A DNA stretch of 64,000 bases, from the NCBI GenBank assembly GCA_963836075.1, contig CAWIIB010000001.1, positions 1,568,001 to 1,632,000 on the forward strand, given 5' to 3'. Origin of the DNA: an uncultured Acidobacteriota bacterium (GTDB taxonomy: Bacteria > Acidobacteriota > JAQAZP01). Below, piece by piece: positions 37,904-48,939 of this stretch; the stretch's first letter is position 1, and the number at the start of each line of letters is the position of its first letter. A model generated the notes under the pieces. That model was not told where the DNA came from and made no database searches. It was given only the letters and a program-made list of their open reading frames with translations. The translations under genes and the position numbers were made by a program.

Positions 37904-40900
37904 ATGACCAGGTTCATCCTGAGTTGGATCATTCTGCTGGTAACGTTCAGCCTTGCCGGCACGGCCGGTGCAGAGCCGGCCCGGGCACCCGAGATCGAGT
38001 TCGAAGAGATTTCCATCGAAAGCGGGCTCTCGCAGAGCATCGTGGAGTGCATCATCCAGGACCGCCGCGGTTTCCTCTGGTTCGGCACCGAGGATGGGCT
38101 GAACAGATACGACGGATACGATTTCACCGTCTTCCGCAATGACCCCGATGACCAGAACACCCTGAGTTACAACCATATCCTCTCGCTCTGCGAGGATCGT
38201 CGGGGCCGGATCTGGATCGGCACCTTCCAGGGTGGCCTCAACCGCTACGATCCGATGACCCGGCAGTTCATCCTTTACCAGCACGACCCGGACAACCCGT
38301 CGAGCCTCAGCAACAACAACGCCAACCGCATCGTGGAAGGACGTGACGGCCTGATCTGGATCGGCACCGACAACGGCCTGAACTGCTTTGACCCGGACAC
38401 CGGGAACTTCACCCGCTACTTGAGCGAAGCGGACAGCCCGACCTCCTCCGGCAGCAACGTGATCCGGGCGGTCCACGAAGCGCCCTCCGGTGAACTCTGG
38501 GTCGGCACCGACGGCGGGGGTCTCGGCCGCTTCGAACGGAACCGCCTTCTGTTCACCTGGTACCGGCACGACCCCTCAGACAGGCGCAGCCTGAGCCACG
38601 ACAGGGTCAGGGCGATTTATACCGACAGAGAACGCACGCTGTGGGTCGGGACCGTGGGCGGCGGCCTGAACAGATTCGACCCGGAAAGCGATTCCTTCAC
38701 CCGGTTCCACAGCCAGTCGGACGCTCACGCCGGCCTGAGCCACGACCAGGTCTATGCCATGCACGAGGACCGCAACGGCGGTTTCTGGGTCGGGACCAAC
38801 GGCGGCGGGCTCAACCTCTTCGACCGGGAATCGGGAGTCTTTCACCACTACAAGCACGCCCCCCACAACCCGACCAGTCTCAGTTACGACGAGATCTACG
38901 CCATTCACGAGGACCGTTCGGGCGTCATCTGGCTTGGAACATATGGCGGCGGGACCAACCGCTTTGACCGAAACAGGAGGAAGTTCATCCACCACAAGCC
39001 CGACCCCGGCGACCCGAACAGCCTTTCCGCCGACATCGTCTGGGCGATCCACGAGGACCAGGACGGGATCCTCTGGATCGGAACTCACGGAGGCGGTCTG
39101 AACCGTCTGGACCGCAGCACCAACAACTACCGCCACTATCGTCACGATCCTGATGATCCGACGAGTATTTCCAGCGATATCGTCCGGGTGATCAGCGCCG
39201 ACAACGAGGGCACCATCTGGATCGGGACCCACGGCGGCGGGATCTGCCGTTTTGACCGGGAGCGCGGGACCTTCCGTTCCTACCGGCACGATCCCGGAAA
39301 TCCGAACAGCCTGAGCCATGACGAGATCAGGGCAATCTACGAGGACAGCGCCGGCGATATCTGGGTGGGGACCAATGGCGGCGGCCTGAACCGGTTTGAC
39401 CGGGAGAGCGAAACGTTCACCACCTACCGCACCGATCCGGACGCCGCGGGCAGCCTGAGCAACGACTATGTCCGGGTGATCATCGAGGACAGCCGCGGCG
39501 TCTTCTGGCTCGGGACGCAGGGCGGTGGAATAAACATCCTTGACCGGCAAAGCGGAGAGTTCACCCACTACCGTGCCGACCAGGATGACCCGACCAGCCT
39601 GAGCAACGACTTCATCTTCGCGATTCACGAAGACCGCTCGGGCGAGATCTGGATCGGCACCTGGGGCGGGGGGCTGTGCCGCTTCAACCGGGAAAACGGC
39701 ACCTTCAAAACCTACACTGAAAAGGACGGGCTTTCCAACAATTCGGTCTACGGTATTCTCGAAGACGAGCAGGGGCGGCTCTGGCTGAGCACCAACTACG
39801 GTCTCTCCAATTTCGACCCCCAGAGCGAAACGTTTCGCAACTACACCGTGGAGGACGGCCTGCAGAGCAACGAGTTCAACGGCGGCTCGTTCCACCGCAG
39901 CGCTAACGGTGAACTTTTCTTTGGCGGGATCAACGGGTTCAACACCTTCTTTCCCCTGAAGATCCGGCACAATCCGCACGTCCCGCCGGTGGAACTGACC
40001 GCCTTTCTCAAACTGAACCAACGAGTTCCACTGGAGAAACCGGTAGGAATGATGGAGGAGCTGGTTCTCTCACACCGGGACTATGTATTCTCCTTCGAGT
40101 TCGCGGCGCTGGACTTCACCGCCCCGATGAAAAACCGCTATGCGTACATGATGGAGGGCCTCGACGAGCAGTGGATCGAAACCGATGCTTCCCGGCGGAT
40201 CGCCACCTACACCACACTGCCCCCGGGGAACTACAATTTCCGGGTCAAGGGGTCGAACAACGACGGCATCTGGAACGAGGCCGGAACGTCGATCCGGTTG
40301 ACCATCACGCCGCCCTTCTGGCAGACCTGGTCCTTCCGGGTCCTGTCGGCGTGCGCCCTGCTCCTCCTCATCTACCCCTTTTTCAAGCGTAAGGTGCGCA
40401 ACGAGAGGATGGCGGCCGAGCTGCAGGCGGCCCACGCGGCCCAGATGTCGATCATGCCCCACAGCGACCCCGTGGTGCCGGATCTCGACATCTCGGGGAT
40501 CACCCGCCCGGCCAACGAGGTGGGGGGCGACTTCTTCGATTATTTCTGGCTCGACGATGAGCACCAGCGATTCGGCATTGCCGTGGGCGACGTTTCGGGC
40601 AAAGCGATGCAGGCGGCGATGATTGCCGTGATGTCCTCGGGAATGATCTGTTCCGAGGTGGCCGGGGGAGGAACCGCGGCCGGCATCATGAGCAGCCTCA
40701 ACCGGCCGCTTTTTCGCAAAACTTCGGGAAAGATGTTCGTCACGCTGCTCCTGGCCGATATCGATACCGGAACGAGGCGGCTGACCTTTGCCAACGCCGG
40801 ATTCAGCCACCCCCTGCTCAAATCGGGTGAGACCATCAGCTTTCTGGAACGGAAGGGGCCGAGGTTCCCGCTCGGCGTGGTGGAGGATACCGCATACCTC

Positions 40901-41176
40901 GAACGGACGGTCCAGCTTGAGGTCGGTGATGTTCTGGTGCTCTACTCCGACGGGATCCCCGAAGCCAGCGATTCCGAGCATAACCTCTACGAGCTGGAGG
41001 CCCTGAAAAAGCTGCTGGCCAACATGGATACCGGCCCCCTGCCTGCGGAGGAGATCAAGGAACGGATCCTCCGCGACGTGCTGCTCTTCACCGGCCGGGC
41101 TCCCCAGGCTGACGACATGACAGTGGTGGTGGTCAAGGTGCTGCCGGCGGGGCATTCAGATCAAGAGCGGACATAA
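37904..41176 (+). CDS. Periplasmic Reg_prop/Y_Y_Y sensor fused to a SpoIIE/PP2C phosphatase
   Basis: Repeated LWIGTxGGGLNR blades, YTTLPPGNYNFRV, a TM helix, VGGDFFD, GDVSGK, LYSDG and DDMT. Confidence 0.9.
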   Translation: MTRFILSWIILLVTFSLAGTAGAEPARAPEIEFEEISIESGLSQSIVECIIQDRRGFLWFGTEDGLNRYDGYDFTVFRNDPDDQNTLSYNHILSLCEDRRGRIWIGTFQGGLNRYDPMTRQFILYQHDPDNPSSLSNNNANRIVEGRDGLIWIGTDNGLNCFDPDTGNFTRYLSEADSPTSSGSNVIRAVHEAPSGELWVGTDGGGLGRFERNRLLFTWYRHDPSDRRSLSHDRVRAIYTDRERTLWVGTVGGGLNRFDPESDSFTRFHSQSDAHAGLSHDQVYAMHEDRNGGFWVGTNGGGLNLFDRESGVFHHYKHAPHNPTSLSYDEIYAIHEDRSGVIWLGTYGGGTNRFDRNRRKFIHHKPDPGDPNSLSADIVWAIHEDQDGILWIGTHGGGLNRLDRSTNNYRHYRHDPDDPTSISSDIVRVISADNEGTIWIGTHGGGICRFDRERGTFRSYRHDPGNPNSLSHDEIRAIYEDSAGDIWVGTNGGGLNRFDRESETFTTYRTDPDAAGSLSNDYVRVIIEDSRGVFWLGTQGGGINILDRQSGEFTHYRADQDDPTSLSNDFIFAIHEDRSGEIWIGTWGGGLCRFNRENGTFKTYTEKDGLSNNSVYGILEDEQGRLWLSTNYGLSNFDPQSETFRNYTVEDGLQSNEFNGGSFHRSANGELFFGGINGFNTFFPLKIRHNPHVPPVELTAFLKLNQRVPLEKPVGMMEELVLSHRDYVFSFEFAALDFTAPMKNRYAYMMEGLDEQWIETDASRRIATYTTLPPGNYNFRVKGSNNDGIWNEAGTSIRLTITPPFWQTWSFRVLSACALLLLIYPFFKRKVRNERMAAELQAAHAAQMSIMPHSDPVVPDLDISGITRPANEVGGDFFDYFWLDDEHQRFGIAVGDVSGKAMQAAMIAVMSSGMICSEVAGGGTAAGIMSSLNRPLFRKTSGKMFVTLLLADIDTGTRRLTFANAGFSHPLLKSGETISFLERKGPRFPLGVVEDTAYLERTVQLEVGDVLVLYSDGIPEASDSEHNLYELEALKKLLANMDTGPLPAEEIKERILRDVLLFTGRAPQADDMTVVVVKVLPAGHSDQERT

Positions 41177-41178
41177 CC

Positions 41179-42396
41179 TCACAATACATCCTCGAACACG
41201 GCAATCAGGCGATCGATTTCCTCGGCAGTGTTGTAGTGCACCATGCTCACCCGGACCACGCCGTCATCGGGGTCCAGGCCCAGGGCCGTGCAAAGACGGT
41301 GGGCATACATGTGACCGTTGCGGATGCCGATGTTCCGCCGGTGGGCGGCCTCGGCGATCTGCCGCGAGGAGAGATCCCGGTGGAGAAAGCTGACCGTCCC
41401 CACCCGGGAGCGACCGGCACTTTCCGGGCCCACCACGCGCACCCGCGGATGCCCCAGCAGGTAGTCCAGCAGACGCTCCTGCAACGGCAGCTCGCAGCGG
41501 GTCATCAGTTCGAAGGCCCCGGTGACGGTCTCACGATCCACCCGGTCCCGGCCGGAGAGGAAGGACAGGTAGTCCCCCAGGGCCAGCAGGCCGGCACAGC
41601 CCTCGTGGATCGCCCCCCCCAGTTCGAACTTGTAGGGGACCTGGTCGTCGGGGATGAAGTAGTGGTTCGGCCCGGTCAGCTGGGCAAAGGCCTCGTGCTT
41701 GCCGTAGAGCGCGGCCATGTGCGGGCCGTAGACCTTGTAGGTGGAGTAGACATACCAGTCCACGTCCCAGGCCTCCACGTCCATGGCGCGGTGCGGGGCA
41801 AAGGCCACACCGTCCACCACCACCCGGGCCCCGGCCTGGTGGGCCAGGCGGACGATGCCCTCCAGGTCGACGATATCGCCCAGCAGGTTCGACACATGGG
41901 GGAAGGCGACGATGCGGGTGCGGGAAGTAAGCAGGCGTTGAAGACCTTCCAGAGGACAGGTGCAGGTCCGGGGGTCCATCTTCCAGACCTTCACCGTCAT
42001 CCCCCGCCCGGCCAGGGAGGCCCACGGCCCGGCATTGGCCTCATGGGCGGTTTGGGCAATGATCAGTTCATCGCCCGGTGAGAGAACCGCGGCGTAGCAG
42101 TCGGCCAGCATCCGGCAGAGCACCGAGCAGGACGAGGCCAGCGCCACCTGGCCCGTCCGCGTACCGTTCATCAACAGGTTGATGAACTGGTGGGCCCGGT
42201 CCACTGTTTCAGTGGCTCTGGTGGAGAGGGCATAGCCGGCATCCAGCTGAACGTAGGAGTTCAGCATGTACTCGCGCATCCGGTCGGCCACCACCCGGGG
42301 CACCTGGGAACCACCGGCATTTTCCAGAAAAACGGTGTCCGAAGCCAGGGCCGGAAACTGGCGGCGGATGGACTGCTGGTCGATGTGAAGGTCCAT
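41179..42396 (-). CDS. Cysteine desulfurase-like PLP enzyme (aminotransferase class V)
   Basis: FLENAGGSQ, HEAN, VDGVAFAPH, STYKVYGPH and VRVSMVHYNT. Confidence 0.9.
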   Translation of the reverse strand: MDLHIDQQSIRRQFPALASDTVFLENAGGSQVPRVVADRMREYMLNSYVQLDAGYALSTRATETVDRAHQFINLLMNGTRTGQVALASSCSVLCRMLADCYAAVLSPGDELIIAQTAHEANAGPWASLAGRGMTVKVWKMDPRTCTCPLEGLQRLLTSRTRIVAFPHVSNLLGDIVDLEGIVRLAHQAGARVVVDGVAFAPHRAMDVEAWDVDWYVYSTYKVYGPHMAALYGKHEAFAQLTGPNHYFIPDDQVPYKFELGGAIHEGCAGLLALGDYLSFLSGRDRVDRETVTGAFELMTRCELPLQERLLDYLLGHPRVRVVGPESAGRSRVGTVSFLHRDLSSRQIAEAAHRRNIGIRNGHMYAHRLCTALGLDPDDGVVRVSMVHYNTAEEIDRLIAVFEDVL

Positions 42397-42486
42397 GACT
42401 CAGAATATCACTGCTGCCGGTTGAAAACCACCCGGCCGAACCGTCAAAATTGTGCCGGGTCTACCCGCCGGCCTTGGTTCCATCTC

Positions 42487-42514
42487 TTGACATTGCAGGG
42501 GAATTTGGTAGCTT
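42487..42514 (+). promoter_or_regulatory. Putative sigma70 promoter
   Basis: TTGACA-N16-TAGCTT with a TG extended -10, upstream of the FAD oxidase gene. Confidence 0.45.
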
Positions 42515-42608
42515 ACCCTGGAATCACCGTATTTCAGACCTGATTCGAACACCTGCTGTGTCAAGACGGCCGTGAGGCTTGCGACAGGTGAGCCTGCGGA
42601 GCGCGATC

Positions 42609-44069
42609 ATGCAATCTGACCCCCAGTCACCGCCGAGCTTTATGGAGTGGAAGGAGCTGAAATCGCTGGTCGGCTCCATAACCACGCGCTCCCTCGTCGC
42701 CCGCCCGACGACCATCGAGCAGTGCCGGGAGGCGCTGGACTACTGCCGGCAGCACAAGATGACCATCTGTGCCCGCGGGGCCGGGCGCGGCTACGGGGAC
42801 CTGGCGCTCAACGACGGCCACGCCCTGCTGGACATGAGCGGCATGAACCGCATCCTCGAGTTCGACGAGGAGAAGAAACAGATCACCGTGGAGGCCGGCA
42901 CCCGGCTCATCGACATCTACCAGCAGGTCCACCACCTGCTGCTCACGCTCCCCTCCAGCCCCACCGAATCGCACTCCAGCGTGGCTGGAGCGATGTGCGT
43001 CAACGTCAACGGCAAGGACGGGTGGCGCCACGGCAGTTTCGCCCGGCAGGTGGTCCGTTTCACCCTGCTGCTGGCCAACGGTGAGACGGTTTCCGTCGAC
43101 CGTTCCCACGAGCTGTTCAACGCCGTGGTGGGAGGCCTGGGCCTGCTGGGCATCGTGGTGGACGCCACGCTGCAGCTCAAATCGGTGCCCTCACCCTTTG
43201 TGGAGGTCAACCGCATCCCGGCGGCCGGTGTGGACCACATGCTGGAGATCCTGGCCCGCATCGAAAAATCCCACGACATGGCCGTGGTCTGGATGGATCC
43301 CTACACCCGCGGCTCCAACATCGGGCGCTCCGTGGTCCATGCCGCCAAATGGATCGAACGCCCTGAAAACGAAACGGAACGCCGAGAACTTCTCGAAGCG
43401 GGCTACAAACGCCTGGACAACCACCGCCGCTTCGGTCTGGCGCTGCACGAGAAGTTCGGTCCCTTCCTGTCGTTGATGCTGCATGCCCAGCGGCCGATGA
43501 TGATCACGTTCAACAAGCTTTACTACGCCATGTCCCGCCTGACCTACCGCCTGGGACGCTCCTCCAACTCCGAACTCTTTTTGCGGTTCAGTTTCGAAGC
43601 CAGTTTCACCGTACCGCCGGCCCACCTGGTTTGCGGCCCGCGGGGCTACACCGTCCAGCTCACCTTTCCCCGTTCCGTGGCGCGCGAAGCCATCGTCGAG
43701 ATAATGGAGATCTGCCAGTCGTCACCCTGCCCGCCGGTCACCACCATCCTGCGCGGTCACCAGGCGGACGACTGTTTGATCTCCTTCTCCGAAGACGGCT
43801 ACAGCCTTAATTTCGAGTTCCACCCCAAGAAGCGCCACGAAGCGGCCAGCCGCGAAGCCGTCGACCGAATTGTCGATGCCACTGTGCGTTACGGCGGCAA
43901 GATCCATCTGGCCAAGGACCAGGTCCTGACCCCCGAACAGTTCTACCGTGTCTACCCCCGCTACCAGGAACTGCTGGAGATCAAGAAGCGTCTGGACCCG
44001 GAAGGGCTGTTCACCTCCGACCTGGCCCGCCGCGTCGGCATCGATCCCGTGCTCAACCAACCGCAATAG
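42609..44069 (+). CDS. FAD-linked oxidase, DprE1 (decaprenylphosphoryl-ribose oxidase)-like
   Basis: ARGAGRGYGD, NGKD, GGLGLLG, GGKIHLAKD and DPEGLFTSDLARR. Confidence 0.82.
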   Translation: MQSDPQSPPSFMEWKELKSLVGSITTRSLVARPTTIEQCREALDYCRQHKMTICARGAGRGYGDLALNDGHALLDMSGMNRILEFDEEKKQITVEAGTRLIDIYQQVHHLLLTLPSSPTESHSSVAGAMCVNVNGKDGWRHGSFARQVVRFTLLLANGETVSVDRSHELFNAVVGGLGLLGIVVDATLQLKSVPSPFVEVNRIPAAGVDHMLEILARIEKSHDMAVVWMDPYTRGSNIGRSVVHAAKWIERPENETERRELLEAGYKRLDNHRRFGLALHEKFGPFLSLMLHAQRPMMITFNKLYYAMSRLTYRLGRSSNSELFLRFSFEASFTVPPAHLVCGPRGYTVQLTFPRSVAREAIVEIMEICQSSPCPPVTTILRGHQADDCLISFSEDGYSLNFEFHPKKRHEAASREAVDRIVDATVRYGGKIHLAKDQVLTPEQFYRVYPRYQELLEIKKRLDPEGLFTSDLARRVGIDPVLNQPQ

Positions 44070-44100
44070 AGATTGAACGTCTGAGGGGCGCCCGGCCGGA

Positions 44101-45261
44101 TCAGATCCTGGAGACCGCTTCGAACCCGGCGAGTTCCCGTGCGGCCATCGCTTCGTCGTAGAGGGCAAAGGCCGGCACCTGGAGGCACTGGGCGGAGATC
44201 CGTTCGGCGGCGGGGAACTGCCGCTCGGTTTTCACACCGTAGTACTCGGTGAGGGCGCTGTGCCGGTGCAGCAGCACCCCGCCGATCTTGACCACGGTGC
44301 AGCCCTGGTCCAGCAGGCGCTGGAGCACGGCATTGGGCTCGCCCAGCCGGGCATCGGCGCGGAAGGCCACGCGCCAGTACACACGGTCGGCCTCGGCCGG
44401 TGTTGCGAAGGGGGTAAAGCCCGGGAGCTCGCCCAGCGCCCGCTCGAAGGCGCGGACATTGTTCACCAGCCGGGCCGAGCGTTCGGGGTAACTGCTCATC
44501 TGCTCCAGGGCCAGGGCCAGGGCAAAGGCATGGGGGCGGTACTTGATGCCCACGGCATTGGCGATGTGCTTGTAGCGGTCGGTGAGCAGGCCCCCGGGCA
44601 CGCGGTTCACGTGCCCGTAGAGCAGCATGCGGTCACGACAGTCGTCGGTGTTGGCCGTGACCAGGCCCAGCTCACCACCGGAGATCAGCTTGCCCTTGCC
44701 CATGGAGGCGCAGATGTAGTCGTAGTAGTGGCCCAGCGGCCGCCCGCGCCACAGCGTGCCCAGGGCATGGGACACGTCGGCGATGAGCTTCAGCCCGTGC
44801 TGGTCGGCCAACGCTCTCAGCCGGTCGGCATCGGCGGGACACCCCCAGGGCTGGTGGACGACGACGGCCCGGGTGCGGGGGGTGATCATCTTCTCCACGT
44901 CGTCCGGGTCGAGGGTCAGGTCGTCTTCGCGCACGTCGCAGAAGACCGGCCTGGCCCCCATCATGCAGACCGGCAGGGCCATGGCATAGTAGCCGTAGAC
45001 CGGCATCAGCACCTCGTCGCCCGGCTGAAGGTCCATGGCGAAGAGGGCCAGGTGCAGGGCCGCGGTGCCGTTGCACACCGCCACGCCGTGCCGCGCGCCG
45101 AAGAAGGCTGCCGCTGCCTGCTCGAAACGCTCGAGGATGCCGCCCGAGACCACCGAGAGCTCCTCCTCCACCACGGTCTTGAGAATGCGGCCGAGGACTT
45201 TTTCGTCCAGGGCATAGAAGAGGCGCTGCTGGTCTTCGAGCGACAGTGCGGGTGGTTTCAT
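44101..45261 (-). CDS. DegT/DnrJ/EryC1/StrS family PLP sugar aminotransferase
   Basis: NGTAALHLAL, GARPVFCDV, DVSHALG and a PLP lysine in SMGKGKLIS. Confidence 0.88.
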   Translation of the reverse strand: MKPPALSLEDQQRLFYALDEKVLGRILKTVVEEELSVVSGGILERFEQAAAAFFGARHGVAVCNGTAALHLALFAMDLQPGDEVLMPVYGYYAMALPVCMMGARPVFCDVREDDLTLDPDDVEKMITPRTRAVVVHQPWGCPADADRLRALADQHGLKLIADVSHALGTLWRGRPLGHYYDYICASMGKGKLISGGELGLVTANTDDCRDRMLLYGHVNRVPGGLLTDRYKHIANAVGIKYRPHAFALALALEQMSSYPERSARLVNNVRAFERALGELPGFTPFATPAEADRVYWRVAFRADARLGEPNAVLQRLLDQGCTVVKIGGVLLHRHSALTEYYGVKTERQFPAAERISAQCLQVPAFALYDEAMAARELAGFEAVSRI

Positions 45262-45268
45262 GGCAATC

Positions 45269-46528
45269 CTATAGCTCCGGCAGCGAAGCCCAGGCCCGGA
45301 CGGTCTTCGCGATTTTATACATCTGGCTCTCGGGCACCACCGGGTAGACGCAGATTTCCATGATCGACGCTTCGCGGGGCGGCGCTTTGTCCGCACGGCC
45401 CTCGTCGTCGCGGAACTCGTCGAGCACCGAGCAGTCGGACATGTCGCTGATCTTGGTGTCGATCCCGTTGCGCAGCAGGCGGTGGCGCAGCTCGTCCCGG
45501 TTGCCGGCATCCACCGAGAGGGGGTAGTAGACATAGATGTTGGTGCCGCCGGCCGAATCGGGGGGCCGGACACCGGGCACCTCGCCGATCTGTTCGGTGA
45601 GGATGGCGGCGTTGCGGCGCGCGCCCTCGTTGAAGGCGTCGATGTGGCGCAGCTGGAGCAGGCCCACGGCGGCCGAGAGGTTGGCCAGCGGGGTGATCGT
45701 GGGATTTGACGCGGCGAACTTCGAAAGCAGGGTGTTGCCCACCGAGGAGTCCATCAGCGGCTTGCCCATGGCCAGCTTCAGGCGCAGGGCCGGGTAGCCG
45801 GTGAGGCCGAAGACCAGCGGCCGGGTCAGCAGCCACTTGATCCAGATGGAGATGGCCTTATTGCGTATGGCCCCGGCCGGCGCCTGCTCGGTCCTGGCCA
45901 GGATGGCGCGGGTCCGCTGCGCGATGAGATCGTCAGAGGTGGCGATGACCCCGCCGCCAAAGCAGGGCATGTTCTTGCCTTCGGCAAAGCTGAAGATACC
46001 CACGTCCCCGAAGGTGCCGGCCTGCTGGCCCTCCACCCGAACACCGCAGGCATGGGCGCAGTCTTCCATCAGCCGGATATCCCGCCCCTTGATCAGTTCG
46101 GCGATACCGCGGATGTCGCAGGGCTGCCCGAAGAGGTGGGTGGCCAGCACCGCGCCGGTACTCTCGTTGAGCAGCGGCCCGACCTCTTTCGGACCGGCGT
46201 TGTAGGTCTCCGGGTCCACGTCGCAGAACACCGGTTTGTAGCCCAGCATCTTGGCCACCAGGGGCATCACCGGAAAGGTGAAGACCGGGAAGATGATTTC
46301 CCGTCCCTTTTCGATTTCCAGCGCCTCCAGCGCCAGCTGGAACGCCGTGCGCCCGGAAGACGCCCCGAAGACGTGGGTCACCCCCAGCCAGTCGGCCATG
46401 CGGCTGGTGAATTCACCGAGCTCCGGCCCGTCCTGAACCCTCTTGCGGAGAATGCAGGAGATCAGGGCACGAAGCGAACCGGGCGGGAGGTTCACGCAGC
46501 GGCGTGGTACGGCTCCTGCAAAAGGCAT
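45269..46528 (-). CDS. DegT/DnrJ/EryC1/StrS family PLP sugar aminotransferase
   Basis: SGRTAF, THLFGQ, EDCAHA and FSFAEGKNM. Confidence 0.88.
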   Translation of the reverse strand: MPFAGAVPRRCVNLPPGSLRALISCILRKRVQDGPELGEFTSRMADWLGVTHVFGASSGRTAFQLALEALEIEKGREIIFPVFTFPVMPLVAKMLGYKPVFCDVDPETYNAGPKEVGPLLNESTGAVLATHLFGQPCDIRGIAELIKGRDIRLMEDCAHACGVRVEGQQAGTFGDVGIFSFAEGKNMPCFGGGVIATSDDLIAQRTRAILARTEQAPAGAIRNKAISIWIKWLLTRPLVFGLTGYPALRLKLAMGKPLMDSSVGNTLLSKFAASNPTITPLANLSAAVGLLQLRHIDAFNEGARRNAAILTEQIGEVPGVRPPDSAGGTNIYVYYPLSVDAGNRDELRHRLLRNGIDTKISDMSDCSVLDEFRDDEGRADKAPPREASIMEICVYPVVPESQMYKIAKTVRAWASLPEL

Positions 46529-46633
46529 TTCACATTCTCCTCTTTTCCCTGTGCCGTGCGGCAGCGGGCTTTGGAACGCTCTGCGTTACGGCGAAAAGCG
46601 ACGGCGGATTGTATATCCGGAGACCGGCCTTTC

Positions 46634-47698
46634 TCAAGTGGCCGGCGGCGGGCCCGGCGGCCCAGTTTCTCCTGTGATTACGCCGGACCGCTCGCGCCAG
46701 GTGTACAGACCGAGCTGTTTCCTGAAAATCCAGACCGCCAGACCCAGCCAGATGTGCAGCCAGGAATCGATGAGCCGGTTGAGGACGGTGACCGAAGCCG
46801 CCGTGGGATGGGCGACCCCCAGCAACCGCAGGCAGCCGTACAGGGTCGCTTCAACGAGGCCTGCGCCGGAGGGCGTCAACGGAAAGGTCGACGCCAGCAG
46901 CGGGAGCTGGAGCAGAAAAACGATTTCCACCACACTGAACTTCAGGTCGAAGGCCAGCATCAGGCAGAGCGTCCAGAGCGCCTCCAGCACCCAGATCACG
47001 ATGGTCAGGCCGCCGATGGCGCCCAGTTCCTTTCGTGCCGGCCACATCCCGGCCTGGAAGGCCTCGATCATCTCCCGCATGGTCCTGGGGACCCAGCCGG
47101 GCAACGATTTTCTGTAGATCACCAGCGGGGTCAGGATGGCGGTGAGAGCCAGCGCCAGGGTCAGACCGCCGACCAGGCCCCAGGCCACGGACGTGGGGAG
47201 TGTGGCGGAGAAGATCAGGAATGACGAGAGCACCGCCAGAACCAGCACGATCCAGGCATCGATCAAGCGGAGAAAGAAGAGGGACCCCAGGGCGGTTGTG
47301 CGGCGGACGCGGAAATTGATCCGGGCCAGGTGGGCGGCGTAGAGATCCCCCAGCTTGCCCGGGACCACGTTGTCCACCGCGTTGTAGAAAAAGACCACCA
47401 GCCCGAACTTGCGCGTGCTGCCTTCAACCGGCACGTGCCCCAGCGCCCTGCTCCACCTCATGCCCCGGACCGGGTAGGTGGCGTAGTGGGCCAGGAAGCC
47501 GAGAAAGACATACCACTTGTTGCAGGCGGCGATATCGAGCCAGACCTGGTGCAGGTCGATTTTAGTGATCATCCAGCCGAGCAGCGCCAGGGCGGCGGCG
47601 ATGCCCAGAAACGTCTGCACCCCCCAGAGACCGGGCATGTCGTGGGTCTCCGCGGGAGCAGAATCGGCGGCTGGCTTTCCGGGATCATTCTGGGACAT
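46634..47698 (-). CDS. Lysylphosphatidylglycerol synthase TM / flippase-like (UPF0104) membrane protein
   Basis: RGMRW, NVVPGKLGDL and TPSGAGLVE in a multi-TM protein. Confidence 0.85.
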   Translation of the reverse strand: MSQNDPGKPAADSAPAETHDMPGLWGVQTFLGIAAALALLGWMITKIDLHQVWLDIAACNKWYVFLGFLAHYATYPVRGMRWSRALGHVPVEGSTRKFGLVVFFYNAVDNVVPGKLGDLYAAHLARINFRVRRTTALGSLFFLRLIDAWIVLVLAVLSSFLIFSATLPTSVAWGLVGGLTLALALTAILTPLVIYRKSLPGWVPRTMREMIEAFQAGMWPARKELGAIGGLTIVIWVLEALWTLCLMLAFDLKFSVVEIVFLLQLPLLASTFPLTPSGAGLVEATLYGCLRLLGVAHPTAASVTVLNRLIDSWLHIWLGLAVWIFRKQLGLYTWRERSGVITGETGPPGPPPAT

Positions 47699-48939
47699 CA
47701 GGTTTCCGTACCCGAACCCTGGAGCCGGGCTTCGAAGAGACGGCAGGCCAGCTCGAAGACTTCATCCACGCTGAGCTTCTGCATGCAGATGTTGTCGGTG
47801 CAGGCCGATTGCCGGTCGTTGAAGGCGTTGACGCAGGGGCTGCAGGCGATGCCGGCCCAGAGCACGTGCGTCCGCTCACTCTGCGCGCCGAAGACCGCGG
47901 GGGTCTCGGGGCCGAACAGCGCGATCACATCCATCGGCGTGACCGTGGCGTAGTGCGCCGGCCCGCTGTCGTTGGTCACCATCAGTTCAGACCGGAAATA
48001 GGTGGCAAAAAGCTGGTACAGGGTGGTCTTCCCGGCAAAGTTGATGCAGCGGGGCGAACCGACCTTTTGCACCAGCTCCCGGGCACCCTCCTCCTCGTCC
48101 GGGGCACCGGTGAACACCACGGCCAGGTCTTCGTAACGCTCCAGCAGGCGCCGGGCCAGCTCCACATAGCGCTCCCCCGGCCAGGAACGGAGCGGCAGAA
48201 AATCGCCGCGGTTGGCATTGAGCAGGATCATGGGAGGGATGGTCTCCACACCGAGCATGGTCCGCAGCAGGGTGTCAACGCTCTCGATGGTCTCCGGAGC
48301 GGGCTGGTGCTCGGGGAGCTTCCCGCCCCTCACCGGCATCAGGTCGCAGGCGGGCAGCTTGTCCGCGGGGCACCAGATGGCGTCCACGATCTGGTGGAAG
48401 ATCTCGCTGGCGTGCATGGTGGTGTTGTAGCACAGACGGTGGGTCATCAGGTCGCCGCGGTAGGAGGCTTCACCGTAGAACGCGTGAAAACCGACCCGGA
48501 TGGAGGCGCCGCTGAGCCAGGAGAGCACCGCCGTGGAACGGGCGAAGAACTCGCAGTCGATGGTGGCCTCGATGCCCTCGCGGCGCATCCTGACCACTGC
48601 CCGCAGGGCATCCATCATCGCCTGCAGGGCATTGTCGGCGCGGATGACGATGAGGTTCTCCAGGGGGACGATCTCCAGCAGCTTGACGATGAACTGGTTC
48701 TGCTCGAAGACCACGAAGAAGAGGTTCTCGCGCCCCACTTTTTCGGCGGCGCGCATCAGGGCGGGATAGGCCACCACGGTGGCGCCCTGTTCGGCGAGCT
48801 TGATCGCGGCGATCCGCTTCGGTGAATCCACCGGCCGGCGGGTCCCGAAGAGGTCGCCCAGTCTGCGCATCAGCGTGAACAGGGCGCAGAGGGGTACACC
48901 GAACCACTTGTCCACCAGGCGCATCAGTCCTACGTTCAC
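47698..48939 (-). CDS. Glycosyltransferase family 9 (heptosyltransferase-like)
   Basis: RSWPGERY, AGKTTL, NDSGPAH, LFGPE and CSPC. Confidence 0.88.
   Translation of the reverse strand: MNVGLMRLVDKWFGVPLCALFTLMRRLGDLFGTRRPVDSPKRIAAIKLAEQGATVVAYPALMRAAEKVGRENLFFVVFEQNQFIVKLLEIVPLENLIVIRADNALQAMMDALRAVVRMRREGIEATIDCEFFARSTAVLSWLSGASIRVGFHAFYGEASYRGDLMTHRLCYNTTMHASEIFHQIVDAIWCPADKLPACDLMPVRGGKLPEHQPAPETIESVDTLLRTMLGVETIPPMILLNANRGDFLPLRSWPGERYVELARRLLERYEDLAVVFTGAPDEEEGARELVQKVGSPRCINFAGKTTLYQLFATYFRSELMVTNDSGPAHYATVTPMDVIALFGPETPAVFGAQSERTHVLWAGIACSPCVNAFNDRQSACTDNICMQKLSVDEVFELACRLFEARLQGSGTET

Noticed and set aside
37904-41176. Propeller sensor fused to a PP2C phosphatase as a novel architecture
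   Set aside because: Reg_prop/Y_Y_Y plus SpoIIE fusions are a known, widespread architecture.
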